Source: Daphnia carinata
Lineage: Eukaryota
Direction: 5' to 3'
Assembly: GCF_022539665.2 (NCBI RefSeq)
Contig: NC_081334.1
Coordinates: 1,240,001-1,304,000, forward strand
Length of the DNA stretch: 64,000 nt
Shown here: positions 15,401 to 29,212 of the stretch, piece after piece
Layout of the letters: each line of letters starts with the position of its first letter
Numbering within the stretch: position 1 is the first letter of the stretch
Notes under the pieces: model-generated
The model's input: only the letters and a program-made list of their open reading frames with translations
The model's database searches: none
Told to the model about the DNA's origin: nothing
Position numbers and translations under genes: made by a program

Positions 15401-18400
15401 TACAAATAGAACACACACACACACACCGTCTAAGTTTGTTAAGGGATTCGTATCGGTCTCCTATTACCACAACACACAGAGGCCTCGCAGGGGCATTGAG
15501 GCTCTGCCACCACGAATGTCATTGACAATTAAAAAAATTCTTTTCCGTAAACTCTTTGTAAAGGCGAAACAAACAAGTAAATGCAATATAAGAAAAAAAA
15601 ATAATAATCCAATAACAATGTCTTCATTATTTGTGCGTCTTAATGGGACTGTGTGCCCTCACGGGCCTGTATAGGAACTGTGATCTTACTCGACTTCCGG
15701 CGGATTGAAAATACGTTGTTTTTTTCCGATCCTCTTTAAATAAATTGCATCCCACCTTTCTTTGTTGTTTGTTATTTTACATAATTAAAATCTCCCCCTC
15801 TATCTTAATAGTAAATAAACAGATCAAATGATGGCAGACTTTGCTTTGTTTCCTTCTGAATTCAGGCCAAAATGCTTCTCAATTATATTGTATATTTTGG
15901 TTGTCTTAAACGCTAGCATGGAAATCTTAATCATTCTTACGAAATGCTCAATTATGCGTATGGTTGTTATATCTGACACTATAGCAAACAGTTAAACAAC
16001 CCAATTTGCATGCGAATGTCAATGAAGTTCACGAGGCACACGGTGGGCCGTGATACGTCGACGTTTCTCAACTATCGCTTTTTCAAACCATAAAAAATAC
16101 TTCTTTCACCTTATAATTAAATGTTGATAAAGATCCTTCTTCTTTTTCTACACATACACACACAATAGTTTTATCACCCAGATAGCTACTTGAAAGCATT
16201 TCTTTAATCAAATAGTGAAAGGGAAACAAATAGGCGTCAGGACCTCCTCCCGTTAAAAACATTTCACACACACACAAAAAAGGGGGAAGCTTGACAAACA
16301 AATGATGGTGAAACAGCCGTTTCTTCGCGATTCAAAGAGTCGCTGTTCGTTCCTCTAATTGAATTCTCTGTTGGCTAATGAGCTTTTTTTTTATATACCG
16401 AGGCGGGGCGATGAGGCTGTGGTACTGCGCAGCGCTCCCGCTTTCCAGTTACGTTGATATACATACCTCAAGAGTTTAAGCGAAGCTAACATTGTATCCA
16501 GCGCAACAAGGGCTCACCATAGGGGTGTACACAAAAGCCTTTCGGAATTTCAAGAACAACATCATCAAGACGATTTTGCAACGTGGACGGGCTGCGTGTC
16601 CCGCGGGTCACGCAACTTCATCTCGCTAGTCAATTGACTTTGAGATGAGTCACAACGGGGTAGGTCAATACATCTGTGTTATGTGCATCCTTTCCCTTTT
16701 ACTATGCACAACAATCGATGAGGATGGAACGATACGCTGGGGAGGATAATTGTTTGAATGCGGATTGAAAAAAGAGAGAGAGACAGAGCTACGTCCTTTG
16801 AGGCTAGAGGGGAGTGCATTTCAAATCAACCAGCCATGTCCGAATGTCACGAAGAGAATAGACTTTTGAATGGGTCTCTCTCTTTTTTTAAAGCAGGGTA
16901 AGATAATTTTGTTCATTGGCTTTTAAAGCTGCGAACCCACTCCAGTGCAAGAGTCATCAAGACTTTTTGTCAATAAAAAGGTTCAGCGTTTGAGAAGGGC
17001 TCCTCTCACATTTTTGCAGAACCCATCAGGGCTCTTCTATTCGCTGAGGTCTATCCATTTTGTTTGTTTTTTTTTTGTTTTCTTTTTTTTTTTTTCTAAA
17101 ACGCAAAGACTCGAAGACGTAGTCGACTTGGTCGCGTAAGATGTTTTCGGTGATTTACGAAGACCAGATGTATTTCAAAACTTTGATATTATATCGATCG
17201 GTGCGTATATACCTGATGCACAAGCGGTGTGTTTTCTTAGAGTTACTTCAGTTTCTTAGCTTCACAGCTTAAACTGTTAGTGTTGGTTTCAGCCAGCCAA
17301 CTTCTGTACCTATGGGCTAACGATAGTTTGTGGGAACTTGGGATTGTTAACTTCCCCCACATCGATTCGTGAAATTATTCTCTTGAAAAAATAGGTCTGC
17401 CTGGCGCGAAATTCACCTTTAATCATTTCTTGGGGTGTATTATGAAATTTTCAAAGTCAACAACAAACGCGTTATTTGAAAATGTAAAAAAAAACAATGA
17501 AAATTGAAAAGCCAAAAAAAAAATGATCGTTTCATTAACTCAATAATCGATAAGAAAATAAAAAGAGCGGATCAAAGTGAAGAGAAGGAACAGATTTCCT
17601 CGACTAGTCTACACGTTCCCAATTTGCTGCCTTTCATACAAGGAAGGAACGACCCACTGATATCCTCGTCCGTAAAGTATGCAAATCCTATTTCGCAACG
17701 TACAGCAGATTAAGGTCTCCAAGCTCCCCCTAAAGAAATATCATGGATTTCCAATACCATCGTCTCGCAAATAACATAGTTTACAGAACACAAAAGGTCC
17801 CATTTCTTTTTTCTTCATTGAGACCCGCGTATAGATACGAGATGGCATTTTTTTTTTCACATGAGCCTCTTTTTATTCTCGTCATGTTTTCCAAAATGAG
17901 AATTCCAAAATGGACTATGTAGAGTTGACAATTCCCTGCATCCCTTCGAAATCACGTTTGCTGCGCATGGATTTGTGGCCTTCTTACACCGCAAACTCCA
18001 ACGTTCTTTTCTGAGCCGCTTTTCAATCACATTCAACCTGCTTCCTTTTCTTCGTGTCTTATCGACTAGAATTAATTAAGCAAACGAACAACTATGTGTA
18101 CCCAATAGATGGGAAAAAGATCCCTATAGCTGTGGATTTCGTAATTGCACAAGCGAGAAGCCAAAAGTCGTTTGAACAGCGGTGCAACTCATCGAGGGCT
18201 GTAACGTTCTTGCACTCGTTTTGAACGAAACAGCCAACACTTGACCTCAACCTCTGAAGCATCGGCTCGTTCGCATGAGAGGGGCAACATGTAATCAGTA
18301 ACTTGAGTGAGATCAACGTTACGCTCTAGTTGGCTGTGCGTTTCTTTTCCTCCCGCGGACGTTCTCTATGCACTAACGTTACGCCTTTTGTTTTTATTTT

Positions 18401-20654
18401 GTAACAGCCAGTTGGCCCAGGCTTCTTTATTTTCTCCCCCCCCCCCCCCAACCGACCAAACAATGACTCGCAACGACATTGAGGCACGCGTCTGGCCAGC
18501 AGTGCCAAAAAGGTGGGCATGCTTTCGTTAAGGCATCGCTATTTTTTATGGTTCTTGCCACATTTGTTTTCCTTCCTACGTTTTTTGCTTTAAAAAAATG
18601 TATTGAAATTTTTCCCTTTTCGCAACGGCTGTAACGATCAAAATAGATAGTGTTTCCCCCCTTCCCTTAAGTTAAGATTCGGTTTAATAACAACGCCCAT
18701 AATAAATGGTAATAGAGCCGCAAGCTCGGTCTAAAATGTCCTGCGACGTGGGAACATGCTAAGCAGCTGCGATACAGCGAAAACCTTAGATGATCTAGCT
18801 CTTTCGGTTTAGCGTTTGATCGATTGGCTATCGAAACTGCCATTGTCACAACAAGATGGACGTTGTTTGAAAAGGGCGCTCTCTCACGACATTATCCAGC
18901 GTGAAAGAGAAAAAAAAATGTTGTTTACTGATTCCAAGTGTGAGGTCTGACCTTCAAGTTCTCTTTGGCTGCTATTTCTCGAAGAGAATCGATCGGCTGG
19001 ATCACACAACTTGGATATGTGAACTATTATCCTGCTTTTATTTATGATTTATTTATATTCTTTTATCGCCCGTGCTTTGATTTCTTTTTCTTTAGCAAAA
19101 CCCGTTAGCCCACTTGAAACTTTTTACACCGGCGTAAGAACTAGTGTAAACCTGTGGTGATCTTGTTCGCCCTCTAACGCCAATCGATACCACAGAAATA
19201 GATGAGGACCTTTTTCTTTTCCTTTTTTCTTCCATTCTTCTTTGTGTTTTGTTTTTTTTTGCACTTTGTTTTCTATTGAGGAATTGCGTTGGACTAGAAC
19301 TTTTGGGATTCAAGGACGGCCAGCTTCGATCTAACGGATCATTCTTTTTTATTTCGGGGACAGCTGGCCCGGCATAAAGGTAATTCCCCAGAAGGTGTCG
19401 ACTATACACGTCGCAACACAAAATTTGTTTTTATTGTGCAACATTATGCACAGTTTTCTGTGCACCCCATACACAGCAGCTCGTTTGCTGTGTGTTGTTT
19501 CTACGTGCTGGCCTAACGCGCAAGGTTGAATTCATTAATCATCGGGCGTGAATGTGCGTGAGTTGAATGGGAAACGAGAACACACATGTGAACGACGTTG
19601 AACGTTTTTTTATATTTCTGCATTCGACAATTGTCTAGCGCAAGTGCAAGCAACTTCGTTTGTTCTGTTCAATTTCCGTCTGTTGAAACAGACGAGGAGG
19701 GAGCTTCGCAAAGACAGAAACAATGGGGGAGACATTGGCTTTCAATTATTAAAATAGATTGTGCAAAAGTATAAAGACACCTCCCAAGTGCTCGTTGGCT
19801 CACCTCCTGCTCCCGCGTATGCAAATTTTGGGCGATTTAGAATGATTTGCGTGTATAACGCTGTTTCTTGAATATAAACCATTTGCGTATAAACACACAC
19901 AGCGGTGGCCATAGAGCTCGGCGCTATTTGCATCCGTTCCGGATTAGTTCTCAAACTGCTATTTTTGGGTGTGAGTTGGAGCCCCCGGGACATCCGGTTA
20001 AACGAACATGCTAATGTCAGGAACGGTAATTCGCACGTGACCTGTTGATTTATACGGCGCGGTGAAGAGAGACGCAACAGCGTCGTGTCAAGAAACTGCG
20101 AAGAATTATATCTGTCTATTTTTATATACACAGCACGCGTATAAGTCGTATCGAATTCGATCTTCATCTATCATTTAAACCGGATGTCCGTGTGCCTTTT
20201 TTTTTATGACTCCATTCATTTGGAATACGCTCAATCTCTGTGACTAATGTACATGTCATTTTTTTTTTTACCCCCATCAGAATCACGACAGCTGCTATTC
20301 TGAGTACATTTTTTGATTTCATTTACTTGCGAAAGACAATCCGAATGGAAACAAATACCCGTGACCCAGAAATTCGATTTACATTAAATTCAATCATCCT
20401 TCGTCAAATGCAAAATCAATAGAAACAGTTAACCGTAAGTTAGAGGGGTTGTTGAGTTTACGGCAGATCCTAACCAGAAATATCGTTCTATTTTCACAGC
20501 GAAGCTATAAAGACTTTTTAATTATTTTTAATTTAAAAAGTAAATCAAAATGAATTGTGTTTGAACAAGAGTGCGGATTTGCTGAACGTGAGCGAACGAT
20601 TACACCAATCTCTTTGGCCCAACTTGGTTTAATTTTGTTCAAAATCCGACTTAC

Positions 20655-21010
20655 CCTGAAGTCCTGCCTACGATGTGGGTTACTATGTTGACCGGCCGAT
20701 ACAGTTCGAAGCTCGCAGAGTTCACTTAATTAACGTTTGCCACATTGGCAACAGATGAAATACGTAACTGATGACCCCGCAGATATAAATCACTTGCAAA
20801 CTCAAAGATAGTTGACATACAATCTTTCGTAACGTGTCAAGATTCTCTTCACTCCCAATCACTTTTGATTTGTCCTTTTTAGTTCCTCGCTAAGGTCCAA
20901 TGATTCTGCAAAATATATAACAAAAAAATTGCCTCTTCTTTCCTCTTCCCGTCCGAGCTGCCGATATTCTCGTACCGCTCTGGTCGGCGGATGAACGCAC
21001 ACTATTTGCG
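20655..21010 (-). other. Putative non-coding first exon (5' UTR) of the CAPA receptor gene
   Basis: Consensus minus-strand donor CAGG|GTAAGT at 20655/20654 with GC-richer sequence upstream. The first coding exon has a good acceptor (ttaatctctcgttccattacag|) at 9505/9504, so an upstream UTR exon is expected. The pairing and the 5' end are inferred. Confidence 0.3.
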
Positions 21011-22413
21011 GCCGACTCCGTCCGCGCTACCGTATCCCCTTCTTTTTATTTCATTCTCTCGTTCTGTCTGCCAACCAGCTCCTGCGATATATCCAGATGT
21101 GGTACTGCTATAGCCACGCATCCCTCTCAGCTGTTTCCCCTATCTGTAAGCAGCCCCGCCCCAGCCCACTCACGCACACCACACATTGAGACCCCCACGT
21201 TCGTTTTTTCTTTCTCTTTCTAAATTCTTATCTCCTCCTTCACCCTTGTTGCTTTATGGGTGTGTGTGTGGATGTTTGGAATTAGAGTCAGCAGTTTAGA
21301 TATAGAGAATTCACGCTGTTTTTCTTTTTGCTCCATCGTGGTAGATCATTTCCCCCCTGGTCACGGTGTGTGATACATGCCACAGGTCCATTGTTTAAAG
21401 AAAAGAAAATTCTAAATAGAAAGAATTTTTTTTTTCTAAGAATAGCCTTACATGGTTTGATGTCAGGGTGAATCCCAACAAATTGGATTGTAAATAACAG
21501 CTATTATTGAAGCAATTGAAAAGCAGAGGCTTGGTTCCATCTTTGATCAACCAAATGTGTGATCATCAGGCGGCATTCAGAGAGTTGGCGGACCAATTGA
21601 GATTCTTACCTCGTTCGTACGGTTGTCGCGTGAATGGTGAATCACGCGTTCGGCATGAATCTAATAATTACTCGATGTTTTTTTTTTTTGATTGAAAGCA
21701 AACGTCACAAAGCGGGGTAACGTGACCGTGTAAGACTGCAGAAAAATTTCATTTCTGACGTTGGAGGCGAATTAGTTAACGAGAGATGACGTGGCTTAAG
21801 CAGTTGATTGGGAGTGGGTGTCGTCTCTGTGTTACGAAATATATGAAAATATTCAAAGGAAATGTATCGATTTCTATCTATCTCCAATTTGCTTGTCGAT
21901 GCTGAAATATTTGCGCATGTAGTTTTTGTTCTTTGTTTATTTTCAAACACGTACCATAAAATTATTGCGTACTAGTTATATGTTAGTTTGAGTTGCTTTC
22001 CTGAGGACGGTGGTATAAGCAGTTGTTTTCCTGTAAGTATTTTTCTTTGCAAAAAGGAGAGAAACATTAACATTGATTGTTATCGATCGAAAGAAAAAAA
22101 TGCAAGGCTAAACTCCAACGAAGACATTCAACATATATGCAAAAGAAAGCACTTTCGGCGTTTGTTTGCCTAGTGATTGAATTTTTGGAAAAATTGATCA
22201 TTTGCATATTTTGTTCGCCTTGGAAGTTTCCCTTACCCTACCTACCTCTTAGAATTTCTCAGAAAACCGTTGTCGCTGAATGCCTTTTGCACTTGACACG
22301 TCACAGCTCATTACATGACGAATCCTATGCAAAATTTTGGTTTCCCTCTCCCTACCTACGATTTGCGACCATCTTAGTTCTTTATCTCTTTCTTACCCTG
22401 CCTTATTTTGCAG

Positions 22414-22533
22414 AGGGCGTTATCAGCCTAATGACTAAATTGGAAGATGTGGGTTGCTTTTTAGTGCAATCGGCAGTGAGTACACACCTGTGAAAGATGT
22501 GGTTAAAGCTCAGGAAACATACACCCAAGCCAG
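22414..22533 (+). other. Putative non-coding exon (5' UTR of the Ig gene or lncRNA)
   Basis: Strong polypyrimidine acceptor (tttatctctttcttaccctgccttattttgcag|) and donor CAG|GTACGC, with stops in all three frames. Confidence 0.3.
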
Positions 22534-25500
22534 GTACGCTTTAATAGTGAATTGTTAAGTTTGACTGCAGAATTTTGAAAAGTATAGAGGATTACACTCA
22601 GAACATTCAGTTAAACTCAACACTCAATATAGTGGCAATATAGCTGTGCAATTTAGAATTTGGTGTTATTGTTTCACGACATGTGTTATGACGGTGGTAG
22701 CTAGCTTATCGTGAAATCAGTAATTCTCTCCCGTTTTGATTAAGAGGTTAGAATGTCTTTTTAATTTATTTGTTGTTTCACATTAATAATAGATCAGGCA
22801 AAATTGATTTTCATTGGTAGTGTATTATTTTGTGCATCAATTCTGCAAGTGCTAAATGTGTTTGGGAAGCTTTTTGAACGCAAAATGTTCAATCGTATTC
22901 AATTTACTTCATTGCCCAAATAGATCTAACTTTTATTTGTGTTTATTTGTTTGGCAACATTCGCGTATGACAAAGTAATCATTGCATCTCATAAAGAAAT
23001 CAATTTCAGCTAGCCTTTTGTGTGGTGTCATAAACTTTCGTTTCGCAAAAGTCCATTTTCATTTATAAGCAGCCCGCATTTTCGCAGCTTTTATATGGAT
23101 TATTCAAATAAAATAAAGAGGGTGGAAAAAATGGAACATGTTGGATGACGCTGCAAATTTGCATTCACGCGAACGTAGATTAAGTGAAGTAGATAAATAT
23201 TCATTTGGGTTAATGGATAGGTGGATTGACGTGTGTTCAGTGGCGATTGCACATTAAAGTACTTGATTAATATTCATTTGGTTTAATGGAGAGGGTTGCT
23301 GAAAGTTGATACAAAATGAGCTGTTTCGAAGTGAGTAATTTATGCTTTTTTTGGCACGGGATACACAACATCGTTCAGCAGGCAAAAAAAACTCCTAAAC
23401 ATTAATCGTTCCGTTTTAATTATTTGCGTTGCTTGGGCACAAGCTGAACTACGCTTGTTAACAACCAACAATCAGCAAGTCCTACAAATATAATTCAACA
23501 AAACAGGAGAACAGTTTTGAACGAAACCATGTTGCATTTACGTGAATGATGAATCGAGTTCATTGAGAACGAGCTGTACAAAGATTACTATTTTTAACAA
23601 AGCATTTCTTTTTGTTTTTAGGATTTAGTTTTACGAGGCTGTCGACATGCATTGTTCAATATGAAGGATGACCAATGGAACTCTTTGGGCAGATCAGTCG
23701 TTAGCGCAATATTTCTGGCTGCTTGTTGTGCAACGGTCCAGCGAACGGAGCTGGAACGGGGTCGCATGACAAAGTGGAAGGCTGTCAACTCCCGGCGAGT
23801 AACGTGCTCCATTCATACATTAAACATGACGTGCGTCGTTACACGAGAATTTTTTTCAGGTGGCTTACTATACTTTTTCTTCGTTTATGCTGTGATTGGC
23901 CTGAACCGCACGTGCGTTAAGACGCCACGTTCGACCGGAATTCGTGAGTAGCTTCTTCCAACACACACTAGAAAAGTTTAAAGATATGTAAATTTTGTGT
24001 AAACAGTCTTATAAAATTTTTTTTTTTTTTTTTTTAAATTTGTGTCTACTATTGATGTAGGGGTTCGGTTGTTTTCTTTATTGGCAATCCTGTCAGGAGC
24101 CTGGGACGTTGCAACCAGTATATTGCATAGAGATTGACGTCAAAGTGTAAGCTTGTAAGTTTGAAGAATTGTTTACAGTTGTTTAAACATTGGTGAACTT
24201 AAGCAAAACAAAATGATGGGATGTAACGCATCAGTGGATGACGGTATCCCAGAAACGCCATGTACTTGGATGACCCTTCCGATAGCTTAAGCAAAGACGG
24301 GGGGCTATCCAGTCTGTTTGAAAATTCAACTACGAAAAGATAGTCCCTATCTTTAAAGAAGAGTGGAAATGAAGAGTGGGGAATGCAATTTAATAAATGC
24401 ATCCTCTCTTGCTGAATAGGATATGCGCCAGACAGTTGCCCTTTTCCTGAAATCGTATTTATTTAATGTTTTTTTTTTTCCTTTCATTGAAACAGGAACG
24501 TGGGTACCATCTAGCGTTCGTGCATTAGTTTAGCCGTCGTGAGTTGCCTCCCGCCACGTCGTTGAGAGCGGGTGCCAGATGGATGACGTCATGGGGAAGT
24601 GGCTCGTCACGAGCTCCCGTCCTTCGGAAAGCTAACAATGGGAGGAGAATCGAGTTTTACGACTCACGGCCGATTGTGAAGGTACGAGCGAGTGGAATAA
24701 AAGGTACGTGAAGGAAATATCAAACATTAAAAGCCCTCGAGCTTTGCGACGTGACGGAAGAACGGGAAATTCCAAGTTTGTTTATTCTTCTGGATTGAAT
24801 TCATTTTGTGCTGCAGCTCTACACCGGCTTAGTTTGTTGAATTTTTTTCTTGTTTTCTCAACGGTGTGATTCTACGTTGAATTTAAAAGAAGTTATTGTC
24901 CTGTGACTTCACCGAGAGCAAGGTATGATTGAGCCACATGGTTTGTGTCCTTAGACGTTACACGTTGTTGCTGCGTGAAAACACGTCTCGTGAGTGTCAG
25001 CCACGTGTTTTAGAGAATTAATGGGATTTAATTAGATTGAAATGTTTTTAGTGCAAATTAGAGACTGCCTTCTGAAAGGAAATCGTTAATTTGATTAAAT
25101 AATCCGTTCTAGATCTTCACACCCTTCACTGTTTGATTGCTCTGCGGGTCTGTAACCGTGCAACAATCACGTTCGATGCATAGTATTGTTTTAGAGTTTA
25201 AATCATTCGTTAGCATGATTTATTTTTGAACGAAACAGATCGTATTGCTAGGAAATTCCCTTGGTTTCATTAGCACACAATGGCAAATAGGCGATATGCC
25301 TTATCGTCGGATGATAACTCGTTACCCGTTTTTGACGCAGGTTTAATCCATTTATTTAACTAGGATTAACATGTTATGTAATTGTCTGCTGCGAGGGGGA
25401 AAACGTTATTGTGTTAATCTTGCTCAAGTTGCACACCAGTAAGTTTGTCAACAGAGAGGAGTACAGTGATAAAATCGTGACACGCACGATGTTGTTGCAA

Positions 25501-25767
25501 TGCGGGATTGTTTGGTTTTTGCAGTATACTTTCAATTTTAAACGAACTGCTACAAGGTTCTGACATCTATTGGTCACGCTGTGCACTTACCGAATACAAC
25601 GTGAAATCGTGCACGAATTTCACGGGGAATGAAAAGTAAATTTTAAGAAATTGTTAAGGCTTGAATATCTCTTAAGCAATGGTTCGATTAATAATACTTT
25701 TCTTAATTATCATAGGGTTTTAATTATTGTTTCGTACGTTTTGTTTTGTTATTAGATTTCTTTTCAG

Positions 25768-26772
25768 ATGGAGCGAATTTCGAAACTTACGGTGTTGGCT
25801 GTCGTGCTGGCGTTGAGTTCGTGTTGTCACGCTGAAAGTACGGTGTCCTACAGACCTGTGCGCGTTTACGCTGACGTAGAGGTAGCTCTTCCTTGCTGGG
25901 AATTGGTTAATGCCGGCCATCTGATACTTTGGATCACGCCCGCAGAAGTTGTTATTGGCCCTGATCACGATGCTTCCGAGAAATACGCCATCGATTTTGA
26001 AGGGTCGCTAATTGTCAATGTAACGTTTGAATGTTTCTTTCTGTTATCGAAAATTTTAACACATCTGATTTAAAAAACAAAAAGGATACGGAAAAAAGCG
26101 ATACTGGAGTCTACAAATGCATTTCTAAATCACCGGATGGGGCTTACACCACGACGAAAACAGAACTGGAAGTGATTGACGCTTCGTATCTTCCCGAAGT
26201 GGACGAATGGCAGGTAAAAACAAACAACGAAATCATTAAACTAATTCTTTTTTTTGTAAATGCTACGTATAATTTAATTAAATCAAATCTCTTGTTATCG
26301 TGAATAGAAAAACTTAGCTAGAGGATTGATAGCTGCCGCAGCAACCGCCGCTTTCTTTATTGCAGCTTGCGGATTTTCTTATTTCAGTTGGGACGAACGC
26401 CATGCGGAAGGCAAATCTAACCGTAAGTGACTTAATTTCTTATGTTTTTTTTTCTGGGAAACAATATCTTTAATCAGCCGCGCTGATTCGTGTTATACGC
26501 TGCGCCCTTGCATTTCGATCAATCAACGCCCTTTCATGATTTGGCTAGGTTTTCTAACAGTACAAATGGGAACTCTGCCTTCGTCGCTAAAGACTTTTGT
26601 ATCAAATGAATAATCTTTTTGGTTCCGGTTTTTGTGTGTAGGTTCTCCGATAAGTAGCGCATCTCATCCGTTATCTGCGACGTCGTCAGACACTCCGAAC
26701 GTACACGAATTGAAAGGTTTGGATAATCCAGCTCTAGCGATCGATACGAACGAGGTCGATTCTGGGCTGTGA
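25768..26772 (+). CDS. Small type I membrane protein with a single Ig-like domain (~208 aa)
   Basis: Exons 25768-26019, 26085-26213, 26308-26422, 26642-26772 (GT-AG, in frame). Signal peptide MERISKLTVLAVVLALSSCCHA; Ig hallmarks LPC...WITP...GSLIV...DTGVYKC...ELEV; hydrophobic TM GLIAAAATAAFFIAACGFSYF; short cytoplasmic tail ending GLDNPALAIDTNEVDSGL. The exact 3' end is uncertain. Confidence 0.8.
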
Positions 26773-28976
26773 GTCTTTTTTTTTTATTCTTACCAAGTTC
26801 TTCGTTGGTTTTCCTACCACCAACAGCCCTTCGTAGTTTATAGACTCTTCTGCTCAGTCGATTTCCATTTACCTTTTTCTTAAGTGCCAATATTTGCCTA
26901 TTAAAGGGTTTACGGTGTAGTAATCCATAAATAGGGCGACGTGCAGTGTGATCAATGATAGTTTCTGATTAAGGATAATTCAATTGATTGAGCTTTTGTT
27001 TTAAATAGATAGTGGTATGTGGAAAACACGTCTTTTGAACGAAAGCTTTGCAAAACAAATGTGTTTAATTCTTCAGTTAAAAGGATGTTGCACGGCGATC
27101 AAAGGAAGGCTGTGAAGATTTGCATTTCTGCTTTGTGTTCTAGGGATAAGTTTGTTACGGGCAATGCTTATTTCCGAGGACATGGTGTGAGGGATGATTA
27201 CCAAGCAAGAAAAGTCCGTGGTAAGACATCAGTCAGTTGATAGAATACGCAATGAGGACTACGTTGGTGATGCAAAGCTCTTAAAGTCAAGTAGGTTGAG
27301 CTAAGAAATCTGCACCTGTTTCGATAGTTGGTTGGAACATTTATGTTTAGCATAATAGATTTTTGAACACAATTTGCATAGAATCATTCCTCTGTCGGGA
27401 TATTTGCATAAAAAGTATATCAAATCTCACGGGCATCGCTTCAACGCACACATAGAAGGAACTTTTTTGTTCACGCTGTTCAAATATCGAAATTTGTTGG
27501 AGATGACTTACGCTCTCTATTTTTAAGTGAGTGTAAAAAAGAAATTGTTTGATAGCGCCGATTTCAATCATTCACCACAGAAGGCTATAATTCAGACATC
27601 ACAAAAGAGGTAATTTGTTTTTCTTTTTCTCTATCAAATCAATCCCTTCACGCCGGAAAACCCAAGTTTTCTCTTTTTTTTTTTTTTTTTTTTTATTATT
27701 GAAGAGGGCGCGTGAGGTTGAACGTGCTCTTTTTTTTTTTTTTTTAAATTTTATTTTAAAGTTCACATGCGCACGCTGACGGATTTCTAGAAGCTATTTC
27801 CAGAAAATAGGTTCACATAGTCTTCCCCTGTTTTCAGATAAATGAAGATAAATCCATCCTTTACCTCGACCCTCTTCATCCCCTTACAAATATCTCCGTG
27901 TTACTTGTAGGCTATAACTGAAATCAAACTCACGCAAACTGATTCCCTGGGATGATTAGTTGATGATTAAATAACAAGACTTGTGTTTTTTCTTTTAATT
28001 ATTTCAACTGAGGAAATTAGAAAGGGATTCTTTTTTCTCGTACTTGATGGTATTTCGTGAAACACTTTTTATGCGATTTGATTTACTACTTTTTATATGG
28101 TTCTATACATGCGCACGTACACGTTCGTATACACAAGGCCGTAAGAACTCTATCCGGCGTGCTTGGAATCGATTGGCTAGTAGTTTTGTAGCCTCGAGGT
28201 TTTGTACGGCAAAACTTTGCAACAGAGAAACACGGAAGACGTCCTCAAAAGAAATGGGGGTAGGGAAGGGATTTTGCGATGCAAATCGGTAAAAAACCGG
28301 GACAATATGAAACGAGGATAGAGGGAAAAAAAAGACGTTTCAAAAGGCAAATGTTAACATCCAACAAAAACGGCTTGCTTTGCTGTTTGGACGTGCCTGC
28401 ACGTGATGAATCTCGAACGTGCTAAACAAAGGCGAAGAGATACGAGTTGCAAAGGCAGCAAAAGTCGTAGGATACGATTCACGCGTGATGAAAATGCCAG
28501 CAGCAGCGACGTTTTATTGAAAAAAAAGGAGATGAAGAACTTGAAGACTAAATGAAAGTAAAAAAAAAAAAAGAACAAAACAAATGGAGGAAAAAAAAAG
28601 GAAGAATTGACTCTCAGACAGTTGCAATATTTACGACATTTTAAAAAACACGCATAAACATTTACTTGAATTCTTCTTTTTTTCTCATTGCGTCATAGCT
28701 TCCATAAAATAACTAAACAGTTTTTCTGAAAACAAAAACAAAAATTGGGTTGAGAAGAGAAAAAAAAGGGAGGAGGATGTAAACGACGCAAGTCTGCTGT
28801 GTTTCTGTTACACAGCTGCGTCTATATGCTTGCTGTTGTTGCCGCTTTAAACTGGAGGGTGAGGGTACCAATCCTGGGGACTGAGCCCCCAGGATTCCGT
28901 GCGTCCTAGACTCTGTTTAGTGCGATGAGAGCTCCAACTCGGTGCAGACGTGTCGTCTATACCTTTGGCCCCGCTC

Positions 28977-29212
28977 TTTATACCACAAACTACCGAGTGT
29001 GTAATCAGTGACATTACTGTGATGTGACTCCTTTGACCAAACGTGTCAATTTAAGTTCAAACGCTCAAACAGTATTTTGTTTTTCTTTGCCATCTTTCCA
29101 TTTTTGCATTGTACCACACTGAAGGTAATAGGAATAGGCGATTGTTTGACAACAGAGTCTTCGAGAAGGAGAAAAAACAGGAGCAGGGTCGTCCGAGAGT
29201 GACAACTGACAA
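28977..29212 (+). promoter_or_regulatory. Putative core promoter and first non-coding exon of the gene at 31619
   Basis: TATA-like TTTATA at 28977-28982 lies ~30 nt before the Inr-like TCAGTG (29005-29010). A donor AA|GTAAG follows at 29213, with a matching acceptor ttttcattcaag| at 31567 upstream of ATG 31619. Confidence 0.3.

Noticed and set aside
23196..23290. 22-nt direct repeat AATATTCATTTGG(G/T)TTAATGGA, 73 bp apart
   Set aside because: Only two AT-rich copies with no associated structure.
23652..23951. ORF containing DDQWNSLGRSVVSAIFLAACC, faintly like the Ig gene's pre-TM/TM segment
   Set aside because: The similarity is short, gapped and not evident at DNA level; probably chance.
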